64,000 nt of DNA, from positions 160,001 to 224,000 of the forward strand of contig CAWJKT010000009.1 of assembly GCA_963843375.1 (NCBI GenBank). Direction: 5' to 3'. Positions within the stretch are counted from its first letter, which is position 1, and each line of letters opens with the position of its first letter. Shown piece after piece: positions 54,342 through 64,000 of this stretch. The notes under the pieces were generated by a model. The model was not told where the DNA came from. It saw only the letters and a list, made by a program, of their open reading frames with translations, and made no database searches. Source of the stretch: an uncultured Pseudomonadota bacterium (lineage in GTDB: Bacteria; Oederibacteriota; Muellerivitia; Muellerivitales; Muellerivitaceae). Position numbers and translations under genes: made by a program.

Positions 54342-56473
54342 AACAGGTCCTCATTCGACAGGGAAAAATAGTGGTTGAGGAAGTGCCGGCCCCCCTGGTG
54401 GAGCCGGGCCGAATTTTGGTCCGGGTTTCCCATTCCTGCGTTTCGGCGGGTACCGAAATGAGCAACGTCAAGGACAGCGGCCTGCCTATTTGGAAAAAAG
54501 CCCTCCGCCAGCCCGAGAAAGTCAAACAGGTCCTTAGGATGGTCCAGGAAGAAGGCCTTTGGTCCACCCAATCCCGAGTTCGTAAAAAACTCCAAACCGG
54601 CAAACCCATGGGTTATTCCGCTTCGGGGATTGTTGTGGAGAAGGGAAAGGGAATTACCGGGTTTTCGATAGGCGATCGTGTGGCTTGCGCAGGCGCTGAA
54701 ATCGCGAATCACGCCGAAATGATCCTAGTTCCCCAAAACCTGACCGTCCCAATTCCCAAAAGCCTTGAATTCCCTTCCGCCGCCACTGTTACCCTTGGCT
54801 CCATCGCCCTGCAGGGGGTCCGCCGGGCCCATCCCACCATGGGCGAAACCTTTGTGGTGATCGGTTTGGGACTTCTGGGCCAATTGACCGTTCAGATGTT
54901 GAAGGCCAACGGTTGCCGCGTCATCGGTACCGATTTGGACCGGGACCGCCTGAATTTGGCTGGAAAAATGGGTGTGGATTTTGCGATCGCCACCGACGGC
55001 CAAAACGTGGTGGAACAAATCTCACGGCTTACAGACGGGACGGGCGCGGATGGAGTGCTTATCACCGCGGCGACGCCCTCCAGCGAAGTGGTTTCCACCG
55101 CTTTCCAAATGTGCCGGCGCAAGGGACGCGTGGTTTTAGTGGGGGACGTGGGGCTGGACTTGAAACGGGCGGACTTTTATTCCAAGGAACTGGATTTTTT
55201 TATTTCCACTTCCTATGGTCCGGGCCGTTACGACCCGCTTTATGAGGAAAAGGGGATGGATTATCCCATTTCTTATGTCCGCTGGACTGAAAACCGGAAT
55301 ATGCGGGAATACTTGCGGCTTCTTGTCGACCAAAAAGTAAAGGTGGAGCCCCTCATCCACTCGGTTTTCCAAGTGGAAAAGGCTGCCCAGGCTTACCACG
55401 TTTTAAGTTCGGGAAAGCCACGCCCCATGATCGTGCTTTTGTCTTATCCCCAAACCAAGGGGAAGGGGGTCACCCGGGCAGTCCCAAATCCCATGGCTCA
55501 TGCTTACTCCGAAAAGAAAATCCGCCTTGCGGTTGTGGGGGCGGGTGGTTTTGCCAAGGGCATGCACCTGCCCAATCTTCAGGCACTTTCCCACCATTAC
55601 CATTTGAGGGCGATCATCAGCCGCACCGGCGCCAACGCCAATGCCACGGCCCGGCAATTCGGAGCCGATTACGCCTCCACAGATTTCGCAGAAGTCCTGA
55701 AGGACAGGGATACCGATGCAGTCTTGATTGCTACCCGCCACCAGACGCACGCTTCCATGACACTGGAAGCTCTGAAAGCGGGCAAGCATGTTCTGGTGGA
55801 AAAACCCCTGGCTTTGAATGAAAAGGAATTGTCATCGATTGAAAAATTTTACGAAAAGCCCGGGGGAAAACCGGTGCTTCTCACCGGGTTCAACAGGCGC
55901 TTTTCAAAATACGCCCGGGTCCTCCACGAGGCCGTCCAAAAGCGGACCAATCCCATGATCCTCAATTACCGCATGAATGCCGGTCATATCCCCCTGGACC
56001 ATTGGGTGCATGGGGAAGAGGGCGGCGGGCGAAATATTGGGGAAGCCTGCCACATTTACGATTTATTCACTTATCTTACGGGCGCCAGGGTGGTGAAGGT
56101 GGAAGCCCTGGCTCTCAAGCCCGCAACCGCCTATTACAGTGGCTCGGACAACTTCGTGGCTACCCTTTCCTTCGAAGACGGGTCGTTGGCGACATTGACC
56201 TATACGGCCCTGGGCTCCAAGGACCATCCTAAGGAAATGCTGGAAGTTTATCTGGACGGCAAGGTAATCGCCCTGAACGATTACAAGGAACTCGCGGCAT
56301 CCGGAGTTTCGGTCCCAAGGCTTTTGGGGAAGACTTCCGATAAGGGTCAAAAAGAAGAGTTGGAGGCCTTCGCCCGCACGATTCAAAAAGGCGGGGAATG
56401 GCCCATCGCCCTTTGGGAACAGTTGCAGGCAAGTCGAATAGCCCTTCGGGTTGAAGAGCTATTAATGGTTTGA
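54338..56473 (+). CDS. Bi-domain oxidoreductase (MDR/Zn-ADH-like plus Gfo/Idh/MocA)
   Basis: SAGTE, GLGLLG and SYGPGRYD in the first domain; GAGGFA, VEKPL and GFNRRF in the second. Confidence 0.88.
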   Translation: MKQVLIRQGKIVVEEVPAPLVEPGRILVRVSHSCVSAGTEMSNVKDSGLPIWKKALRQPEKVKQVLRMVQEEGLWSTQSRVRKKLQTGKPMGYSASGIVVEKGKGITGFSIGDRVACAGAEIANHAEMILVPQNLTVPIPKSLEFPSAATVTLGSIALQGVRRAHPTMGETFVVIGLGLLGQLTVQMLKANGCRVIGTDLDRDRLNLAGKMGVDFAIATDGQNVVEQISRLTDGTGADGVLITAATPSSEVVSTAFQMCRRKGRVVLVGDVGLDLKRADFYSKELDFFISTSYGPGRYDPLYEEKGMDYPISYVRWTENRNMREYLRLLVDQKVKVEPLIHSVFQVEKAAQAYHVLSSGKPRPMIVLLSYPQTKGKGVTRAVPNPMAHAYSEKKIRLAVVGAGGFAKGMHLPNLQALSHHYHLRAIISRTGANANATARQFGADYASTDFAEVLKDRDTDAVLIATRHQTHASMTLEALKAGKHVLVEKPLALNEKELSSIEKFYEKPGGKPVLLTGFNRRFSKYARVLHEAVQKRTNPMILNYRMNAGHIPLDHWVHGEEGGGRNIGEACHIYDLFTYLTGARVVKVEALALKPATAYYSGSDNFVATLSFEDGSLATLTYTALGSKDHPKEMLEVYLDGKVIALNDYKELAASGVSVPRLLGKTSDKGQKEELEAFARTIQKGGEWPIALWEQLQASRIALRVEELLMV

Positions 56474-56590
56474 TTCCAAGGGAAACAGGGCTTTTCTGAT
56501 ACATTCCGGCTTATTTTTTGAAAATTAAAAAATTTTTTGGGCCTTTTGTTTAAGATGGGTCCGATATCGAATCTAACCCTTTCGAAAAAA

Positions 56591-57364
56591 ATGAAAAACT
56601 TAAAACAAATCATCCATCAAAGCAAAAAAAGACTCCTCCAAATGCATTATGAGAACGGAGTGGGCCATATCGGGGGAAACCTTTCCTGTCTGGATATTCT
56701 GATGGTCCTCCACCACCAAGTCATGAAACCCGAAGATACCTTCGTTCTTTCCAAGGGCCACGCCGCGGGAGCTCTCTATATCACCCTTTGGTCCCTGAAA
56801 AAGATCACCGAGGAGGAACTCAAGCTTTTCCACAGGGAGCCCACCAAGTTGAGCGGCCACCCGGCCCCCCGTTGGAAAAAGGAGATCCCCTTTGCCACGG
56901 GAAGCCTGGGTCACGGTTTTTCCCTGGCCGCGGGATTGGCCCTAGCCAATCGTATTCAGGGCAAGACGGGCCAGGTTTATTGCCTGACCTCCGACGGCGA
57001 ATGGCAGGAGGGTTCCAATTGGGAAGCCCTTATATTCACCGTACACCAAAAATTATCGAACCTCACCCTCATCGTCGACTCCAACGGCCTTCAGGGTTTT
57101 GGAACAACGAAAGAGGTGGCCAGCCAGGATAATCTCATCGACCGTTTCAAATCCTTCGGTTTGCCGGTGGCCGAGGTCGACGGCCATGACGCGGAAGCGC
57201 TGGGAAAAATCCTCAATTCTTCCAAGCCGGGGCCTTGGGTGGTCATTGCCCATACCACCAAGGGCAAAAGCATTTCTTTCATGGAAAACAAGATGGAGTG
57301 GCATTACCTACCCCTGAAGGAAGACCAATATCGAAAAGCCCTGGAAGAACTGGGGGAAGCTTGA
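56591..57364 (+). CDS. Transketolase-like protein, N-terminal (TPP-binding) subunit
   Basis: GHIGG, SKGH, TGSLGHG, SDGEWQEG...WEA and HTTKGK motifs. Confidence 0.9.
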   Translation: MKNLKQIIHQSKKRLLQMHYENGVGHIGGNLSCLDILMVLHHQVMKPEDTFVLSKGHAAGALYITLWSLKKITEEELKLFHREPTKLSGHPAPRWKKEIPFATGSLGHGFSLAAGLALANRIQGKTGQVYCLTSDGEWQEGSNWEALIFTVHQKLSNLTLIVDSNGLQGFGTTKEVASQDNLIDRFKSFGLPVAEVDGHDAEALGKILNSSKPGPWVVIAHTTKGKSISFMENKMEWHYLPLKEDQYRKALEELGEA

Positions 57365-58269
57365 GAAACGAATTCCGCGACGCCCTGATGAAGCGGGCCA
57401 CCCATCCGGACTTCATCTTTCTTACCGGGGACCTGGGTTTCATGGCGCTGGAGCCTCTTCAAAAGGTCGCGGGAAAGAGATTTATCAATGCCGGTTTGGC
57501 AGAGCAAAACATGGTGTCGGTGGCGGCGGGTCTGGCCAGCCAGGGTTTGCGGCCTTGGGCCTATAGCATAGCCCCTTTTATTTACGCCCGTCCCCTGGAA
57601 CAAATCCGAAACGATGTGTGTCTGCATGACTTCCCGGTGACTTTGGTGGGTAACGGAGGAGGTTACGGTTACGGCGTCATGGGAGGGTCCCATCACGCCA
57701 TCGAGGACTATGGCATACTGCTTTCACTCCAAAATATGAGGGTTTGGGTACCCGCCTTTGGGGCGGACGTGGAATCCGCCGTCGCGCGAATTCTTGAACA
57801 AGCCCATCCCGCCTACCTACGTTTGGGAAGGGATGAAAAACCCATTGAGTTCGATCCTGGAGCCTATGCTCCCTGGCGAAAGGTTCTTTCGGGCGGTGGT
57901 TCTGCTATGGTCGTGGTGGGTCCAATTGCGGGAGTTTTGATGAAAGATTTTGCAGGTCTGGAAAACTCCAAACGCCCGAATCTTTGGGTGCTGACCGAAC
58001 TGCCCTTAGAGGAGAAGACGGTTCCCGGTCAGTTCCTGAAAGATATTGAAACGAGCGGCCATTTGGCGGTGGTGGAGGAGCATGTGGCCCATGGGAGCGC
58101 GGGGGAAATGATCGCCCGTTTTCTCCTTCTTTCGGGCAGGCCACCCAAGAAATTCAGCCATTTCTGCGCCCAAGGTTATCTCTCGGGTTATTATGGGTCC
58201 CAAAGTTTTCACCACAAGGAATGTGGCATTACCTCGGAAAATATTTTGAAAGTGATCAGCGCCGAATGA
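57361..58269 (+). CDS. Transketolase-like protein, C-terminal subunit
   Basis: TGDLG, NAGLAEQNMV, EQIRND, GSHH, YLRL and EEH motifs. Confidence 0.9.
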   Translation: MRNEFRDALMKRATHPDFIFLTGDLGFMALEPLQKVAGKRFINAGLAEQNMVSVAAGLASQGLRPWAYSIAPFIYARPLEQIRNDVCLHDFPVTLVGNGGGYGYGVMGGSHHAIEDYGILLSLQNMRVWVPAFGADVESAVARILEQAHPAYLRLGRDEKPIEFDPGAYAPWRKVLSGGGSAMVVVGPIAGVLMKDFAGLENSKRPNLWVLTELPLEEKTVPGQFLKDIETSGHLAVVEEHVAHGSAGEMIARFLLLSGRPPKKFSHFCAQGYLSGYYGSQSFHHKECGITSENILKVISAE

Positions 58270-60227
58270 AATTTCAAGATGAAGTTAAGCTTCTCCAGGG
58301 TCCAATCCTAATCCTCGGGGCCAGCGGTTTCATTGGGGCCGCGCTTTTGCGGACCTTATTGAAATACCGCGAGGACGTTTATGGGACTATGTTCCATACT
58401 CCCGCCTGGCGTTTGGAAGATTTGCCCGTGAAAAACATTATCCAAGCGGACCTGCTGGTGGACGCGAATCTCGACTACCTCCTCGTCCAAACCGATCCAA
58501 AGACCGTTTTCAATTGCGTGGCCTATGGGGCCTATTCCTTTGAGACCCAAAGCGACCTCATCTACCAGACCAATTTCAACCTCACGGTGAAAATCCTGGA
58601 GCGTTTGTCAAAAAGGGGGATTGCGGCCTATGTTCATGCCGGAAGCTCTTCTGAGTATGGGGACAAGGCTTCCGGACCAGGGGAAAGCCTTCTTCCCGAA
58701 CCCAACAGCGATTACGCGGTTTCAAAGGTGTCCAGCGCCAATTTCATCCACTATTACGGAAAAAAGAAACAACTTCCCTGCGCCAATTTGAGGCTTTATT
58801 CGGTTTATGGGCCCTATGAGGACTCTTCTCGTCTCATCCCCGCGTTGGTGAGGGCGGGGGTTGAAGGGAAATATCCGGAATTTGTTCATCCGGACATATC
58901 CCGGGATTTCATTTATATCGACGACGTCTGCGAAGCATTTGTGGAAACGGCCATTAACCTGCGACCGGCTCAATATGGGGATTCCTTCAATGTTGGAAGC
59001 GGTGTCAAGACCACCATCGCCGAGGTGGCCAGAGTTTCAGGTGAATTGTTTCAGATCAAAGGAAAACCGGATTTCCAATCCATGGAAAACAGGTCTTGGG
59101 ACCTAAAAGACTGGTTCGCCAATACTGGAAAAACCAAGGAGCTTTTAGGCTGGGAAGCCAGAACCTCTTTCAGCGAGGGACTCAAAGCCACCGCCCAATG
59201 GTATGGCGGCTTGGAAAGTAAGGAGAAGTATTATCAATCCTCCAAAAAATTTCAACTCGATACGAAACACAGTGTCTCCGCCATTATTGCTTGCTATAAG
59301 GACGCTCAGGCCATTCCCATCATGTATGAAAGGCTCAAGGCCACCTTTCAAAAGTTGAAGATCGACTATGAGATCATTTTCGTCAACGACAACAGCCCCG
59401 ACAACAGTGAGGAAATTATCACTGAACTCTCCAGTAAAGACCGACGCATCCTGGGGGTTTCCCACTCGAGGAATTTCGGTTCCCAATCGGCTTTCCGAAG
59501 CGGCATGGAGGTTTCCACCAAGAATTCCTGCGTGCTTCTGGACGGTGACCTTCAGGATCCGCCGGAACTCATCGAGCAATTCGTCGAAAAGTGGGCCGAG
59601 GGGTACGACGTGGTCTTTGGTCGCCGGGTGAAAAGGGAAGCACCCTTTTACATGCAAATGGCCTACAAGCTCTTTTATCGGATTTTCGATTATTTTTCCT
59701 ATTTGAACATTCCCCACGATGCGGGGGATTTTTCACTCCTTGACCGGCGGGTGGTGCGGGCTATCTTGGAATTTCCCGAAAGGGATTTCTTTTTAAGGGG
59801 TATCCGGGCTTATGTGGGGTTCAAGCAAATCGGGGTGGATTATCTCAGGCCGGAGCGGATGTTCGGCCGGTCCACCAACAATTTTGGAAAAAACCTGATT
59901 TGGGCGAAGAAGGGAATCCTCTCTTTCAGCAATACCCCGCTCACGATGCTGAGTTTCATGGGAACGGTGCTGTTTTTGATCAGCTTGTTGTTGGGCGCGG
60001 TTCAGTTCGTTTTAAGAATCCTGTTTCCTGACCTGGCTCCTAAAGGAATGGCCTCGGTCCTACTTTTGATTCTGTTCTTCGGTTCCATTAATTTGTTCGC
60101 CTTGGCCCTCATCGGCGAGTACATCGCTAAAATCTTCGAGGAAGTCAAGCAAAGGCCCCATTTCGTGCGGCGCGGCATCATAAAAGACGGGGAAGTCAGA
60201 CTCGCCTCGGAAACCCAAAAGAATTGA
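58266..60227 (+). CDS. Fusion of NAD-dependent epimerase/dehydratase and a GtrB/ArnC-like GT2 glycosyltransferase
   Basis: GASGFIG, GSSSEYG and YAVSK in the N-terminal half. VNDNSPD, SRNFG, DGDLQDPPE, AGDF and two C-terminal TM helices ending IGEYI in the C-terminal half. Confidence 0.88.
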   Translation: MKFQDEVKLLQGPILILGASGFIGAALLRTLLKYREDVYGTMFHTPAWRLEDLPVKNIIQADLLVDANLDYLLVQTDPKTVFNCVAYGAYSFETQSDLIYQTNFNLTVKILERLSKRGIAAYVHAGSSSEYGDKASGPGESLLPEPNSDYAVSKVSSANFIHYYGKKKQLPCANLRLYSVYGPYEDSSRLIPALVRAGVEGKYPEFVHPDISRDFIYIDDVCEAFVETAINLRPAQYGDSFNVGSGVKTTIAEVARVSGELFQIKGKPDFQSMENRSWDLKDWFANTGKTKELLGWEARTSFSEGLKATAQWYGGLESKEKYYQSSKKFQLDTKHSVSAIIACYKDAQAIPIMYERLKATFQKLKIDYEIIFVNDNSPDNSEEIITELSSKDRRILGVSHSRNFGSQSAFRSGMEVSTKNSCVLLDGDLQDPPELIEQFVEKWAEGYDVVFGRRVKREAPFYMQMAYKLFYRIFDYFSYLNIPHDAGDFSLLDRRVVRAILEFPERDFFLRGIRAYVGFKQIGVDYLRPERMFGRSTNNFGKNLIWAKKGILSFSNTPLTMLSFMGTVLFLISLLLGAVQFVLRILFPDLAPKGMASVLLLILFFGSINLFALALIGEYIAKIFEEVKQRPHFVRRGIIKDGEVRLASETQKN

Positions 60228-60255
60228 ACTCAAAATAAAACAACAGGGGCTTCAG

Positions 60256-61080
60256 GTGGAAACGAAAACAAATCCTGCCGTCCAAAGGCGTAACCTACTG
60301 CAGGGCGGGAAGGAGCATTGGAAGCCCCCGGTTTATTCAAATCGTCCAGGCTTCGTTCAAAAAGTCAAAATCATCCTTTTTCGTTTTTTAGACCTACAGG
60401 CGGGAAGCATCTGGAGGGACTTGCGGGCCGAGCTTCCCCAAGTCAAGGGAACAGTTGTGGATGCCGGATGCGGCGTGCAGCCTTTTCGCGGTCTTTTTTC
60501 GGCAGGGACTCATTACATCGGCCTGGACTCGGTGGATTCCAAGAAACACTTCGGGTATGAAGCGCCGGATACCCTTTATTATTCGGGGGTGGTTTGGCCG
60601 CTTGCCGATGGCACGGCGGATTTCATACTTTGCACCGAAGCACTGGAACACATCCCCGAACCCGTCTTGTTCCTAGGGGAGGCTTTCCGTTGCTTGAAAC
60701 CCGGCGGACGCCTGTTATTGACCGTCCCTTTTGCGGCCCGCTGGCATTTCATTCCCCACGACTATTGGCGTTTTACGCCCTCAGGGTTGGAAATCCTTTT
60801 AGGGAAAGCAGGATTTTCCCCCGTGAGGATATTTGCTCGCGGCAATCAATTGACGGTAGCCTTTTACAAAGTCATGGCAATCATCTTTGCCCTTTTGTTT
60901 CCGGTCAGCCCCTTTTTCCCGATCCGTCTTTTATCCTTTCTCGCGGGTCTGCTAAGCCTTCCTCTTTTATTCGTGACGGCTGTCCTGGCCAATTTCACCC
61001 TTGGCTTCGACGGATGGGCGGATTGCCTCGGCTACACCGTTTGGGGCGAAAAACCCCGAAAGGACGATCCGGCAAAGTGA
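60256..61080 (+). CDS. Class I SAM-dependent methyltransferase
   Basis: VDAGCG, TEALEHIP, LKPGG and PHDYWRFT motifs. Confidence 0.88.
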   Translation: METKTNPAVQRRNLLQGGKEHWKPPVYSNRPGFVQKVKIILFRFLDLQAGSIWRDLRAELPQVKGTVVDAGCGVQPFRGLFSAGTHYIGLDSVDSKKHFGYEAPDTLYYSGVVWPLADGTADFILCTEALEHIPEPVLFLGEAFRCLKPGGRLLLTVPFAARWHFIPHDYWRFTPSGLEILLGKAGFSPVRIFARGNQLTVAFYKVMAIIFALLFPVSPFFPIRLLSFLAGLLSLPLLFVTAVLANFTLGFDGWADCLGYTVWGEKPRKDDPAK

Positions 61081-61988
61081 AAACCAAAAAAGGATTTATC
61101 CGGCGTCCCTGCCCCGTTTGTTCCTCCCGGGACGAATCGAGGGTTTTCGCCGTGGAAAATTACGATCCCAGCCGACTGGACGAATTCGCCTTCGCCTCGC
61201 GCAAGATTCCCGAATACATGCATTACCGGCTGGTGGTGTGCCCCGACTGCGACCTGCTTTACGCCAATCCATTGCCCACGCTGAAGGCCCTTTCGGAAGC
61301 CTATCACGAGGCGGCTTTCGACAGCGTTGAGGAAGCGGGTTATGCGGCCCGGACCTACGGGTCTTTCCTGAAAGGAATCCTTTCAAACATCCCCGACAGG
61401 GTTGGAGCTCTCGACATCGGAACGGGCGATGGAGCCTTCCTGGAGGAGTTTTTAAAGCAGGGATTCTCCAAGGTGTCGGGGGTGGAACCTTCCAAGGCGC
61501 CTATTCAAGTCGCGAAAAAAGAAATTCGTCCCCTGATCATCCAGGGTTTATTTAAACCAAAAAAATTCAAGAAAAACAGTATGAGCCTCGTGACCTGTTT
61601 CCAAACCTTGGAACACCTTTATGCGCCCAAGGAAATTTGCCGGGATGTCATCCAAATCCTGAAACCCGGCGGAGCTTTCTTCGTGGTTTCCCACAACCGC
61701 CGGTCCCTTTCCGCCATGGTGCTGGGGCTCAAATCCCCGATCTTTGACGTGGAGCATCTTCAGCTTTTCTCGAATTCCAGCATTCAACGGATGTTCAGGG
61801 AAACGGGGTTTAAGCGGGTGAAGGTGAAAAGCATCCTCAACCTATACCCAGTCCACTATTGGCTGAAACTTTTGCCTTTTCCTAAAGCCCTCAAAAAGTT
61901 TATGATCCCCCTTCTTAAAAAAACTGGGTTAGGCTACATCCCTATCCCCTTGCCGGCAGGGAACATGGCGGTTATTGGATACAAATGA
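61077..61988 (+). CDS. Class I SAM-dependent methyltransferase with N-terminal Zn-ribbon
   Basis: CPVC...CPDC, LDIGTGDG, GVEPS, QTLEHL and LKPGG motifs. GTG start at 61077. Confidence 0.88.
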   Translation: MKTKKGFIRRPCPVCSSRDESRVFAVENYDPSRLDEFAFASRKIPEYMHYRLVVCPDCDLLYANPLPTLKALSEAYHEAAFDSVEEAGYAARTYGSFLKGILSNIPDRVGALDIGTGDGAFLEEFLKQGFSKVSGVEPSKAPIQVAKKEIRPLIIQGLFKPKKFKKNSMSLVTCFQTLEHLYAPKEICRDVIQILKPGGAFFVVSHNRRSLSAMVLGLKSPIFDVEHLQLFSNSSIQRMFRETGFKRVKVKSILNLYPVHYWLKLLPFPKALKKFMIPLLKKTGLGYIPIPLPAGNMAVIGYK

Positions 61989-62007
61989 AACGTTTAAAAG
62001 GAAAAAA

Positions 62008-62820
62008 ATGAGCCTGTCGGGAAGAAAAAAAGTCCGTCATTTTTTGCACGAACGCCGCCATCGCCGGATTCAAAAGATAAAACCCGTCGAGTCTGTGGCG
62101 GGCCTTGAAGGGGAAAAAGAGGCGGTTGAATTCGCCCCGATCAACTTCGACAAATATAAAGACCAATACCAAAAGGAAGTCCAGGATTCGATTTCTTTCA
62201 TCGGCCAAAAGCTGGATTTCTTCATTGAGAAGAAAGCCCAGCTTCTGCGCTCTCTCGCCCAAAAGCATGTTGGGGACCCGGCGAAACTGAAGGCCCTGGA
62301 TGTGGGATGCGGCATCGGGATCACGGATCAGTATTTAACCGCCCATTTCCATAAGGTTTATGGAGTGGACCTCGCCAAAGGGCTGGTCCAGAAGGCGGCT
62401 CAACTCAATCCCCGGGCCCTTTACAAAGCCTATAATGGACGAGTTTTGCCCTATCCGGACCATTCCATGGATTTGACTTTCGCCATCTGCGTCCTCCACC
62501 ATGTTCCGCCGGAAAATTGGAACGGCTTTGCACGGGAATTGGTAAGGGTCACCCGCAAGGGCGGGCTGGTGGTCATCATGGAACATAATCCATTGAATCC
62601 CCTGACGAACCGGGCGGTCAACCATTGTGAACTGGACAATGACGCGATCCTCCTTCGAATGGCCAAGACTAGCCGGCTTATTTCTCGAAGGAACATCCCG
62701 ATCGTTGAAAAACGATTCATCCTCTTCACCCCTTTTGAGGGGAGGTTCTTCGGATGGGTGGACAAGTCGCTGGGGTGGCTTCCCTTAGGGGCCCAATATT
62801 ATGTGGCGGGCAAAGTATGA
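62008..62820 (+). CDS. Class I SAM-dependent methyltransferase
   Basis: LDVGCGIG, GVD, VLHHVP and EHNPLNP motifs. The start is uncertain. Confidence 0.87.
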   Translation: MSLSGRKKVRHFLHERRHRRIQKIKPVESVAGLEGEKEAVEFAPINFDKYKDQYQKEVQDSISFIGQKLDFFIEKKAQLLRSLAQKHVGDPAKLKALDVGCGIGITDQYLTAHFHKVYGVDLAKGLVQKAAQLNPRALYKAYNGRVLPYPDHSMDLTFAICVLHHVPPENWNGFARELVRVTRKGGLVVIMEHNPLNPLTNRAVNHCELDNDAILLRMAKTSRLISRRNIPIVEKRFILFTPFEGRFFGWVDKSLGWLPLGAQYYVAGKV

Positions 62821-63968
62821 TCATCATGAGCGGGCGATTGAACACGCTCGTCCAAACCCTCGATGGACTGAATTCGACGGGGATTCCCCTGATCGCCAAG
62901 TCCGGGGATCGTCTTTTCGCGGCGGGTTTCACGGATGATCTTGGAATTTATTATTTTGTGCCCGAAATAGCCAAGGGGTTCGGAATCCCCCTCCAAACCG
63001 CCCTGAACCTGTTTCTTTTGGCTTTTATTCTTTTGGGATGGTTTTTGGGATGTTGCGGTTTTCTGAGGATTTTCAAAAATCCCACCGCCCGTCTTTTATC
63101 GGTGGCGGGCCTGTTTCTTCTGGCCTACCTGGCTTTCGCCAAGATATCCGACGTTTATGTGGTCATGATGTTCGCGGTGTCGGCTTTTGTCCCCAACTTC
63201 CTGGCGTTTTCTCGGACGGGTGAAGCGAATTGGAAAATATTGGGGCCTTGGTTTGCTTTGGGCGGATTGTTATTGGGTTATTGTAATTTCATCCGCAGCC
63301 AATCGGGCACGGGGTTGGTCCTGTTCCTTTTCGTTTGGCTTATCCTGAACGGCTTTATTTCCTGGAAGAACAAAGCCGTTTATTTTTTCGCCCTGTTGGT
63401 TTGTTTCCGAATTTCGGGCCTGCAATTCGAGACGCTGGAAAAAACCAGGGACGCCTATCTTGAAAAGGCCGTCCCCCAATACCAACCCCTGAACATCAGT
63501 CATCCCTTTTGGCACAGCGTCTACATCGGCCTGGGTTATCTTCCGAATCAATACGGGATCGAATACCGGGATGGGGTGGCAGCCGCCAAGGTGGCCTCGA
63601 TTGACCCGAAAGTGGCCTATTGCTCCCCCGAGTACGAAAAAATCCTAAAGGCTTCGACTCTGGAAATCGTCAAAACGAACCCCGTTTTTGTTTTGAAAAC
63701 GATCCTGATGAAAGCCCTCAAGCTATTCGGGTATTTTTTAATCTTCGCCAATTTCGGGATTCTTTTCCTTTTTTATGTCAGGCCTTCCTGGCGGGAAATC
63801 CTGCCCATGGCCGCTGGGGGCTTCTTCTATTCCTTGCCCGGCCTATTGGTTGTTCCCATGAAACCCTATGTTTTGGGCATGATCAGCATGTCGGTGGTTT
63901 TTGGCTGTTACTTGATTAGTTCGGGTCTAGAGAAAATCCTCCAGGGCCGGGAAACGCAAAAGGCATGA
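62817..63968 (+). CDS. Polytopic membrane protein (possible GT-C glycosyltransferase)
   Basis: Multiple TM helices with an acidic DD in the first loop (GFTDDLG) and a large loop containing HPFWHS.YIGLG. Confidence 0.6.
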   Translation: MIIMSGRLNTLVQTLDGLNSTGIPLIAKSGDRLFAAGFTDDLGIYYFVPEIAKGFGIPLQTALNLFLLAFILLGWFLGCCGFLRIFKNPTARLLSVAGLFLLAYLAFAKISDVYVVMMFAVSAFVPNFLAFSRTGEANWKILGPWFALGGLLLGYCNFIRSQSGTGLVLFLFVWLILNGFISWKNKAVYFFALLVCFRISGLQFETLEKTRDAYLEKAVPQYQPLNISHPFWHSVYIGLGYLPNQYGIEYRDGVAAAKVASIDPKVAYCSPEYEKILKASTLEIVKTNPVFVLKTILMKALKLFGYFLIFANFGILFLFYVRPSWREILPMAAGGFFYSLPGLLVVPMKPYVLGMISMSVVFGCYLISSGLEKILQGRETQKA

Positions 63969-64000
63969 AACTCAACGATCGGGTAAGGTCTTATTGGGAA
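63965..64000 (+). CDS. Start of next gene (truncated by window end)
   Basis: ATGA overlap with the previous stop; reads MKLNDRVRSYWE. Confidence 0.5.
   Translation, partial: MKLNDRVRSYWE

Overview
This is a bacterial chromosome segment with four parts. (1) 1-2250 is an AT-rich accessory tail: a partial Vsr endonuclease, a PD-(D/E)XK-like nuclease, a DUF2779-like remnant, hypotheticals and a 27-aa hydrophobic ORF. A complete IS21-family element (2252-4767) follows; it has no target duplication and truncates a response regulator. (2) 4.8-18.7 kb is a cytoplasmic signalling cluster: a 2242-aa poly-HAMP/GAF hybrid kinase, a REC-fused kinase with a Cph1-type H-box, several Rcp1-like receivers and a REC-PAS-AGDEF diguanylate cyclase. 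It ends at a decayed tRNA-Thr(UGU) that may be an old attachment site. (3) 19-47 kb is core housekeeping: tRNA-Tyr, tRNA-Gly, a PEPCK-like gene plus aspA, tRNA-Thr-tuf-rpmG-tRNA-Trp-secE-nusG-rplKAJL (no rpoB downstream), dinB-like-tmk-holB-metG-tatD, trpD-C-F-[TPR]-B-A-accD-folC, membrane glycosylation genes and an orphan sugar-ABC ATPase. (4) 47.5-64 kb is a surface-polysaccharide cluster: ugd, rfbD, GT2, wzx, wecB, wecC, an oxidoreductase, a split transketolase, an epimerase-GtrB-like fusion, methyltransferases and a membrane protein. Many genes between about 22.8 and 51.6 kb, including essential ones, carry short indels that are most likely sequencing or assembly errors. No CRISPR array or rRNA was seen. 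All family assignments come from motif recognition by eye, not database searches.
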